Positions 6,902 through 12,818 of a stretch of DNA of 12,818 nt are shown one piece after another. Each line of letters begins with the position of its first letter. Positions within the stretch are counted from its first letter, which is position 1. This stretch comes from a virus, in the UHGV virus genome UHGV-0342252. One strand, written 5' to 3'. The position numbers and the translations under genes were made by a program. The notes under the pieces were generated by a model, which saw only the letters and a list, made by a program, of their open reading frames with translations, was not told the DNA's origin and ran no database searches.

Positions 6902-7372
6902 ATGACAAAATCATGGAGCGTACCTTTTCCTGAATCAGAAACTGAACATGATGGAATGCCTGTTTTCTGGAGATTCCAGGCGACAGTTGAAGAAGATGGA
7001 ATCAAAATATTCGCACTTCAATATATAGCTTTTCATCAGACAGAGCATTATGCATGGTTGGTTCCTGCGCATTGGATTGTTAATTTTAAACCAGCACCAA
7101 ATCAGTGGTTACAGGAATGGAAACAAAAGAGAAATAGATATGCAATTAAGAAAGTAGCAAAAAATGCAGAAAGATCTTTTGCATTCCCAACGAAGAAACT
7201 TGCCATTGAAAGTTTATTGCGCCGGAAGAAATACCATTTAATGAGAATCAAACAAGATTTGGCTGTTGTATCAACTCTTGTTGATGGGATGAAGAATATT
7301 GATACATCAACACCAGATATTGAATATAACTTTGGACACAACCAAGAAACAGAAAATTGGGTATTTTATTAG
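6902..7372 (+). CDS. hypothetical protein (156 aa) encoded by an A+T-rich insert after N
   Basis: SD GAGGTGAG directly after the N stop, ATG 8 nt downstream. Coding sequence is visibly A+T-richer than N and cIII (judged by eye, not computed). No motif recognised. Confidence 0.65.
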   Translation: MTKSWSVPFPESETEHDGMPVFWRFQATVEEDGIKIFALQYIAFHQTEHYAWLVPAHWIVNFKPAPNQWLQEWKQKRNRYAIKKVAKNAERSFAFPTKKLAIESLLRRKKYHLMRIKQDLAVVSTLVDGMKNIDTSTPDIEYNFGHNQETENWVFY

Positions 7373-7476
7373 TACAAATAAGCACTGTGTATTCATTCCA
7401 ACGAGTGAATACACGGAGCAATGTCGCTCGTAACTAAACAGGAGCCGACTTGTTCTGATTATTGGAAATCTTCTTT

Positions 7477-7503
7477 GCCCTCCAGTGTGAGGGCAATTTT
7501 TTT
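7477..7503 (+). terminator. intrinsic terminator between the 156-aa gene and the coiled-coil gene (tL1-like position)
   Basis: GCCCTC-CAGTGT-GAGGGC hairpin (7477..7494) followed by AATTTTTTT (7495..7503). Confidence 0.65.
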
Positions 7504-7515
7504 GACGGAGGATAT

Positions 7516-8484
7516 ATGAGTGAAGTAACAGATTTAGTTGTTATTGAAAAAGCAAATGCAATGACTGTATTTCAGTCTGCCGACCAGATTGAAGAAATCC
7601 TTCAAAAGGTTGAACGTGAAGTTATGTCCTTTGTGCCTGATATCACAACGGCAAAGGGCAGAAAGGAGATCGCTTCTCTGGCGTATAAAGTTGCGCAGAC
7701 GAAAACATATCTCGATGGTCTTGGAAAAGACCTTGTTGCTGAACTGAAGGAAATTCCAAAGCTAATTGATGCCAACCGCAAGACAGTGCGTGATCGCCTT
7801 GATGAGCTGAAATCCAAGGCACGCCAGCCTCTTACTGATTATGAGGAAGAACAGGCGCGTATTAAAGCCGAAGAAGAAGCTAAGGCAGCAGCTGAAGCTC
7901 TCGCAAAGCAAATTGAGTCTGACCATGAAATAGCGATTTTGATGGATCGCGAATTTGACCGCCAAAGAGAAGAGGCAAGACTCAAAGCGGAGCAGGAAAA
8001 GCGAGAGCATGAAGAACGCTTAAAAAGAGAAGCTGAAGAGAAAGCCAGAGCAGAAGCCGAAGCAAAGGCAAAAGCCGAAATTGAAGCAGCAGCAAGGCGA
8101 GAGGCAGAAGCTAAGGCCGCAGCGGAACGTGCAGAGCGTGAACGCATTGAAGCCGAGCAACGAGCACAGCGCGAAGCAAAAGAGGCAGCAGAACGAGCTG
8201 AAAGAGAAAAGCAGGCAGCAATTGAAGCAGAACGCAGAAAAGCACAGGAGGAGGCTGAACGAATCCGTCGCGAGGCTGAAGCAAAAGAGCAAGCCAGAAT
8301 AGCAGAAGAAAAAAGAATCAAGGACGAAGAAGAGCGCAGAGCAAAGGATAAAGCTCACCGGAAAGAAGTAAATAACAAAATACTTGCTGACCTTATCAAG
8401 GTTGGCGCATCAGAAGATGTTGCTAAAAATATCATAACAGCCATCGTAAAAGGCGAAGTATTCGCAACAAAAATAACCTACTAA
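7516..8484 (+). CDS. coiled-coil protein with long Glu/Ala/Lys/Arg-rich helical domain (322 aa), function unknown
   Basis: Start set at ATG 7516 (SD GGAGGA, downstream of the terminator) rather than the ORF-track start 7462, which lies upstream of the terminator hairpin. About 110-aa N-terminal domain, about 175 aa of EAEAKAKAE / ERAERE-type repeats, short C-terminal domain. Confidence 0.7.
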   Translation: MSEVTDLVVIEKANAMTVFQSADQIEEILQKVEREVMSFVPDITTAKGRKEIASLAYKVAQTKTYLDGLGKDLVAELKEIPKLIDANRKTVRDRLDELKSKARQPLTDYEEEQARIKAEEEAKAAAEALAKQIESDHEIAILMDREFDRQREEARLKAEQEKREHEERLKREAEEKARAEAEAKAKAEIEAAARREAEAKAAAERAERERIEAEQRAQREAKEAAERAEREKQAAIEAERRKAQEEAERIRREAEAKEQARIAEEKRIKDEEERRAKDKAHRKEVNNKILADLIKVGASEDVAKNIITAIVKGEVFATKITY

Positions 8485-8507
8485 TAAACCAACATAAGGA
8501 ACCACCC

Positions 8508-8654
8508 ATGATTTACGCAATCGCGGGAGGCGCTCGCATGGGTGCCTTCCAACTAAATGAATCTTTACTTGAACGAATCACCCGTAAATTACGTGACGGA
8601 TGGAAACGACTCATCGACGTACTTAATCAGCCAGGAGTTCCAAAAAATGGATAA
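8508..8654 (+). CDS. cIII: CIII, FtsH inhibitor (48 aa)
   Basis: ...ESLLERITRKLRDGWKRLIDVLNQPGVPKNG matches the lambda CIII core as recalled; SD AAGGA before the ATG; stop overlaps the kil start. Confidence 0.85.
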   Translation: MIYAIAGGARMGAFQLNESLLERITRKLRDGWKRLIDVLNQPGVPKNG

Positions 8655-8760
8655 AACACTTATGGCTATCCAGACTAAATTCGCTATCGCCACTTTTATT
8701 GGCGATGAAAAGATGTTTCGTGAGGCTGTCGAAGCCTACAGGAAATGGAGGTCAAAATGA
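8647..8760 (+). CDS. kil: Kil-like host cell-division inhibitor (37 aa)
   Basis: MDKTLMAIQTKFAIATFIGDEKMFREAV... resembles the lambda Kil N-terminus as I recall it; overlaps the cIII stop as in lambda. The ORF-track ORF 8557..8760 shares this frame, but the upstream part lacks a start signal. Confidence 0.65.
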   Translation: MDKTLMAIQTKFAIATFIGDEKMFREAVEAYRKWRSK

Positions 8761-8963
8761 TTACGGTAGAACTGGCGAAAACCCCAGAGTTAAGTCGATT
8801 AAAAAGAGAGTATCACATTGCTGAGGCTCGTTACTGGCGTAAAGCGGGAGATAAATCAAAGAAACAACTTTGTTTATGGCAAGCACAAAGAGAGCGCATG
8901 AATGAGCGCGAATTTCTTTCCTCCCCATCCGAATTACCATTCGGAGGTGAATTATGGATTTGA
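8757..8963 (+). CDS. hypothetical small protein (68 aa) at the position of lambda gam
   Basis: ATG 8757 overlaps the kil stop (ATGA), SD GGAGG upstream. No resemblance to lambda Gam noted. Confidence 0.5.
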   Translation: MITVELAKTPELSRLKREYHIAEARYWRKAGDKSKKQLCLWQAQRERMNEREFLSSPSELPFGGELWI

Positions 8964-9661
8964 ACAAATTCGATGAGCCATTCAGCCCTGAAGATATCGA
9001 ATGGCGAATACAGCAAAGCGGTAAAACACGCGATGGCAAGGTGTGGGCTATGGTGCTGGCTTATGTCACGAACCGGGCAATCATGAAGCGCCTGGACGAT
9101 GTTTGCGGCAAAGCAGGATGGCGCAATGAATACCGCGATATTCCCAACAACGGCGGAGTTGAATGCGGCATATCAATCAAGATTGATTCCGAATGGGTAA
9201 CCAAATGGGATGCTGCTGAAAACACGCAGGTAGAAGCCGTCAAAGGTGGTCGTTCCGGTGCAATGAAGCGCGCTGCCGTTCAGTGGGGAATCGGTCGGTA
9301 TCTGTATAACCTTGAGGAAGGTTTCGCACAAACATCTCTCGATAAAAAGCAGGGATGGCACAGGGCAAAACTCAAGGATGGAACAGGATTTTACTGGCTC
9401 CCTCCATCGCTGCCGGGATGGGCAATCCCAGCATCAGATAACAAACCATCACCAGAAAATACCAACCAGAAATCTCCATCGGTTGACTGCGAACAAATCC
9501 TGAAAGACTTCAGCGATTATGCATCAACAGAAACTGACAAGAAAAAACTCATCGAGCGTTATCAGCGTGACTGGCAATTAATGGCTGGCAACGAGGAGGC
9601 GCAGGCTAAATGCGTTCAGGTAATGAACATCAGAGTTAACGAACTAAAACAGGCGGCATAA
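8954..9661 (+). CDS. single-strand annealing protein, Rad52/Rad22-type core (235 aa)
   Basis: Strong SD GGAGGTGA; motif GAMKRAAVQWGIGRYLYN resembles the Rad52-family annealing signature; sits where bet/erf lie in lambdoid phages. Pro/Ser/Asn-rich linker precedes a separate C-terminal domain. Confidence 0.7.
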   Translation: MDLNKFDEPFSPEDIEWRIQQSGKTRDGKVWAMVLAYVTNRAIMKRLDDVCGKAGWRNEYRDIPNNGGVECGISIKIDSEWVTKWDAAENTQVEAVKGGRSGAMKRAAVQWGIGRYLYNLEEGFAQTSLDKKQGWHRAKLKDGTGFYWLPPSLPGWAIPASDNKPSPENTNQKSPSVDCEQILKDFSDYASTETDKKKLIERYQRDWQLMAGNEEAQAKCVQVMNIRVNELKQAA

Positions 9662-10168
9662 ATGGCAAGCAGAGGCGTAAATAAGGTGATTATCCTTGGT
9701 CGGGTAGGACAAGACCCGGAAGTTCGATACTCACCATCAGGAACAGCGTTCGCTAACCTGACAATAGCCACGTCAGAACAATGGCGAGATAAAAATACTG
9801 GCGAGCAAAAGGAATTGACTGAATGGCATCGTGTTGCTGTATCCGGGAAACTGGCTGAGGTCGTGGGGCAGTATGTGAAAAAAGGTGATCAGATTTATTT
9901 CGAGGGAATGCTGAGAACCAGAAAGTGGAAAGACCAGTCAGGACAAGACCGTTACACAACCGAGGTTCATGTCGGAATTAATGGCGTGATGCAAATGCTT
10001 GGCGGCATTGGCGACAGCAAACAACAAGCAGCCAGCAGGCAATCACAGAAGCCACAGCAGCAATCATCACCAGCACAACACAACGAACCTCCGATGGATT
10101 TTGACGACGATATACCCTTTGCACCAGTAACTCTCCCCTTCCCTCGTCACGCTATTCACGCAATTTAA
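9662..10168 (+). CDS. ssb: single-stranded DNA-binding protein SSB (168 aa) with extended C-terminus
   Basis: OB-fold region parallels E. coli SSB ([16 protein letters not shown]...[15 protein letters not shown]...[17 protein letters not shown]), Gln/Pro-rich linker, acidic tail [10 protein letters not shown]; ORF continues 15 codons beyond that tail. Confidence 0.9.
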   Translation: MASRGVNKVIILGRVGQDPEVRYSPSGTAFANLTIATSEQWRDKNTGEQKELTEWHRVAVSGKLAEVVGQYVKKGDQIYFEGMLRTRKWKDQSGQDRYTTEVHVGINGVMQMLGGIGDSKQQAASRQSQKPQQQSSPAQHNEPPMDFDDDIPFAPVTLPFPRHAIHAI

Positions 10169-10244
10169 TCAGGAGAAAATCATGCCAGCGCCTCTGTATG
10201 GTGCGGATGACCCGCGCCGCTGTTCCGGCAATTCCGTATCGTAG

Positions 10245-10478
10245 GTGCTGGAAAGTATCAAGAATAATCTCGGCGCGTTTCTTGCTCTGCCACCAGAAAC
10301 AAAAGCAGAACGGAAGTACCGACGCGATATACAACTCGCAGAAAAACAGGAAAAAGACCGAATAAACGAAACATCAATCCGACCATTACGCAAAGCCACA
10401 TATACCCACTTCCCTGAATATATCGACCCGCGCCTGCGTAATTACCGCTCACGCTATGGCGCTATCAGTAATGACTGA
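10245..10478 (+). CDS. hypothetical protein (77 aa from GTG), possibly the 3' part of a gene interrupted by an amber codon
   Basis: A strong SD (AGGAG, 10171..10175) and ATG at 10182 open a frame that hits TAG at 10242..10244; the same frame continues from GTG 10245 with no SD of its own. Confidence 0.4.
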   Translation: MLESIKNNLGAFLALPPETKAERKYRRDIQLAEKQEKDRINETSIRPLRKATYTHFPEYIDPRLRNYRSRYGAISND

Positions 10479-10653
10479 GGAATTTACAATGAGAGGAATT
10501 GCATACAATCCCGGCATTCTTCCGGCAGAAATGATTATTCGCCAACGCGTAAAGCCAATGCCATCGAGAGAGGAATTGCTTAAGAGAAAGAGTTTCGGTT
10601 CTGTTAATGACAACAAATATCTGAATGCTATGTGGCGGAGTGGGAAGAAATGA
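10471..10653 (+). CDS. hypothetical small protein (60 aa; 54 aa if from ATG 10489)
   Basis: ATG 10471 overlaps the upstream stop (ATGACTGA); ATG 10489 has SD GAGG. Same frame either way. Confidence 0.45.
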   Translation: MTEEFTMRGIAYNPGILPAEMIIRQRVKPMPSREELLKRKSFGSVNDNKYLNAMWRSGKK

Positions 10654-11249
10654 AACAAATGACACTAATTGAGATGGATGGCTTTCTGAAAGGTAAATGC
10701 ATCCCACGAGATTTAAAGGTTAACGAAACAAACGCTGAATATCTGGTGCGTAAATTTGCTGAACTTGAATCAAAGCTGGAAACGGCGTTGCGTGAGTTTC
10801 GTTCTGCTGGAATCACGATTGATAACCTTGAGGCCAAGTGCACTGCGCTGGCAGCGGAGAATGCGGGGATGAAGTCGGTCATTGAATACTGCATTAATCC
10901 CGACAATCAGCCTGAATACCATGACCAGGGCATGGGATGTGGAGTTGAAGACCACGGCTACCAGCGCGACGGCTATTCGGCTTGTTACTACGGATGGGAG
11001 TCGGCAATGGAACGCGTCTACTCAGAGGTTATTCCAGACGCCATTCCAGAAACCCCAGCCACCGATGCTTTTCTGGCTGAAGTGCGTGCGCAGTGCCTCA
11101 ACGCTTTCATCCAGCATCACAGTGCAGAACTGGATGCGCATATTAAAAACAGTGGTGAGCAGTTCGACGAAAAATCAGTACGCATCAGAGACATCATCGT
11201 CTCAGCCCGCTTGTTCAGGGAGCAAATTCGCAAAGGAGCCGCGCTATGA
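10650..11249 (+). CDS. hypothetical protein (199 aa) with Cys/His/Tyr-rich central segment
   Basis: ATG overlaps the upstream stop (ATGA); the ORF-track ORF starts 18 nt earlier in the same frame. No family recognised. Confidence 0.6.
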   Translation: MKQMTLIEMDGFLKGKCIPRDLKVNETNAEYLVRKFAELESKLETALREFRSAGITIDNLEAKCTALAAENAGMKSVIEYCINPDNQPEYHDQGMGCGVEDHGYQRDGYSACYYGWESAMERVYSEVIPDAIPETPATDAFLAEVRAQCLNAFIQHHSAELDAHIKNSGEQFDEKSVRIRDIIVSARLFREQIRKGAAL

Positions 11250-11518
11250 GCAAATCGTACATCGTCATTCAGCAATATCTGTGTTGCAACGAAAACGGTC
11301 ATTGGATTGAGTATGTGTCTGACTGCGTTGAATTTGATAAGCGCGACAAGGCCATCAAGCATGGATTCAAACAGCAAGGTAGCGATGATTTCAATATCGG
11401 CGTTATCGAAAATGAACGCCTAGTGTCATTCGACTGGATGAATAAGTCGATTGATGAAAGCGCAGAAAAACTTGCTGAAATTGCAGAAGCCATCGGTTAC
11501 GAAGGAGCAGCCCAATGA
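11246..11518 (+). CDS. hypothetical protein (90 aa)
   Basis: SD AGGAG and ATGA overlap with the upstream stop. Confidence 0.6.
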   Translation: MSKSYIVIQQYLCCNENGHWIEYVSDCVEFDKRDKAIKHGFKQQGSDDFNIGVIENERLVSFDWMNKSIDESAEKLAEIAEAIGYEGAAQ

Positions 11519-11928
11519 GCAACATCAACAAACAGGCACTGCGTGAAGCGGCTGAGAAGGCCACTCCTGGCCGCGTCGGTGACCGTATCGACGGAAGCGG
11601 TAGCATCAAATACGAATGCCATGGTTATGATGGGTCTCTGGTCTTACGTACAGACCATAAAAACATGGAGTACGGATTTATTGGTGATAACAGTAACGCC
11701 GATGAGCTGTTCTTCAGGTTGTGTGTGCCAGATGTAATTCTGGCACTGCTGGATGAACTGGAAGCCGCAGAGAAGCGGATTGCTGAGCTGGAGCGTAAAG
11801 AACAGCACAGTGACCGACAGTCAGTAATTGATGCGTTGGCTAGTTCGGGTGAGGAATGGAGTGATATCGAAGAATACATGCAGAAGTGGGACGCGGAACG
11901 CGCCGCCGCAGCCGGTAAAGGAGAGTGA
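11515..11928 (+). CDS. hypothetical protein (137 aa), possibly Ead/Ea22-like
   Basis: SD GAAGGAG and ATGA overlap. N-terminus MSNINKQALREAAEKATPG... is reminiscent of prophage Ead/Ea22-like proteins; assignment is from memory and tentative. Confidence 0.55.
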   Translation: MSNINKQALREAAEKATPGRVGDRIDGSGSIKYECHGYDGSLVLRTDHKNMEYGFIGDNSNADELFFRLCVPDVILALLDELEAAEKRIAELERKEQHSDRQSVIDALASSGEEWSDIEEYMQKWDAERAAAAGKGE

Positions 11929-11929
11929 A

Positions 11930-12211
11930 ATGGCTAAATTTACAGACGTACACGACCTGTTAACTGCTTATCAAAAACAGGCCCGAAAAGTACCGCCTAA
12001 GGGAGTTTACGCATCAAAGCAGCGACAACAGGAAGTCCAGGCGGCGCACACGAGAAAGGTAATGCGCCAGCGTAAGCGCTCTGTTGGAAAGTCTAACAAA
12101 TTAGGATTTCGTCGCCGGGCAGAAACTACGGCGGCGCTGATTTGCGAAATGAATTTTTGGGCGCTGGTGTGTCGTTCAAACCGCAAGAATTCCATCCAGG
12201 GTGAGGGATAA
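11930..12211 (+). CDS. hypothetical basic protein (93 aa)
   Basis: ATG 11930 preceded by SD AAGGAGAG; the ORF-track ORF 11828..12211 extends upstream in frame without support. Confidence 0.5.
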   Translation: MAKFTDVHDLLTAYQKQARKVPPKGVYASKQRQQEVQAAHTRKVMRQRKRSVGKSNKLGFRRRAETTAALICEMNFWALVCRSNRKNSIQGEG

Positions 12212-12213
12212 CC

Positions 12214-12818
12214 ATGAGCACTATTACCAAAGAATTAACCAAAGAGCAGTTACAGCAAATTATCGAAACTGACCACGTTCAATGCGGTGAGGCTTCTTCG
12301 CTGGCGCGTATCGCGCTGGCATCGCTCGAAGCGGAGCCTGTGGGTGAGGTTTCCGAGCAGCGTGATGGGCTGGTTATGGACGGCATGGTAGATCTCGGTG
12401 GAGCATCAACTCACCGAATTATTAAGGGAGCTAGCAAGATGAAACGGTTGCCGCTTGGCACGAAGTTTTACACCGCCCCGCTAGCGCCGGTATCTGTGCC
12501 TGATGCGATGGAAATGGATGATGACTTTGACAGCGCGTTTGAACACGGAAAAGCTGTCGGCTGGAACGCCTATCGCGCCGCCATGCTTCAGGCCGAACCC
12601 GTAAGTAATCGTGATGAGTTGCCGTTGGACTATCTGCAAGGTCACAAAGACGGCCTTGAATGGGCGGCACAATTGGCAGAAGCCAATCATCCGCAAACAG
12701 GTGACTGGTTGTACGACGACCCAATCGATCTTGCCAGGGCGATTCGCAAAGGTCCGGATATGCCTACTGTTCAGGGTGGCAGCTCTCCGGTAACTCCGGA
12801 TGGTTGGATAAGCTGTAG
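12214..12818 (+). CDS. hypothetical protein, 3'-truncated by the window end (at least 201 codons)
   Basis: ATG 12214 with SD GAGGGA, 2 nt after the upstream stop; frame stays open to the window edge by manual translation (MSTITKELTKEQLQQIIETDH...). Missing from the ORF track because it has no stop. Confidence 0.5.
   Translation, partial: MSTITKELTKEQLQQIIETDHVQCGEASSLARIALASLEAEPVGEVSEQRDGLVMDGMVDLGGASTHRIIKGASKMKRLPLGTKFYTAPLAPVSVPDAMEMDDDFDSAFEHGKAVGWNAYRAAMLQAEPVSNRDELPLDYLQGHKDGLEWAAQLAEANHPQTGDWLYDDPIDLARAIRKGPDMPTVQGGSSPVTPDGWISC

Noticed and set aside
7462-7515. Upstream ATG start for the coiled-coil gene, as given in the ORF track
   Set aside because: The extension would have to be translated through the intrinsic terminator hairpin and T-run; ATG 7516 lies downstream of the terminator and has an SD.
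7839-8358. Long minus-strand ORFs (160 and 112 codons) rich in Ser/Ala/Cys/Phe
   Set aside because: Artefacts of the purine-rich low-complexity repeats encoding the charged helix on the plus strand; their amino-acid composition is not protein-like.
8557-8646. Upstream extension of kil in the ORF track (67 codons)
   Set aside because: Overlaps cIII in another frame and lacks a start signal; the kil-like similarity begins at ATG 8647.

Overview
This window reads as the early-gene (immunity, replication, recombination) region of a lambda-like mosaic prophage from an enterobacterial host, in inverted orientation relative to the conventional lambda map. The minus strand carries the rightward operon: pR, cro-like repressor, nutR, cII, an O-like initiator with an internal iteron/A+T-rich origin, a primase-helicase fusion in place of lambda P, a terminator, then ninB and small nin-region genes. 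The plus strand carries a CI-type repressor, a terminator, pL/oL, nutL, N, then accessory genes, cIII, kil, a Rad52-type annealing protein, SSB and a tightly packed operon of small unknown genes running off the 3' end. Several segments (nutL, N, nutR, pRE, cII, oop region, cIII, kil) match phage lambda as I remember it; the immunity, replication and recombination modules do not. I cannot name a new system from sequence alone; the strongest candidates are the two accessory genes between N and cIII (6902..8484) and the small-gene operon after ssb (10182..12818). Other oddities are small SD-equipped ORFs at module junctions, an SSB with a capped C-terminal tail and an in-frame amber codon. All similarity statements are from memory and motif reading; no searches were run.
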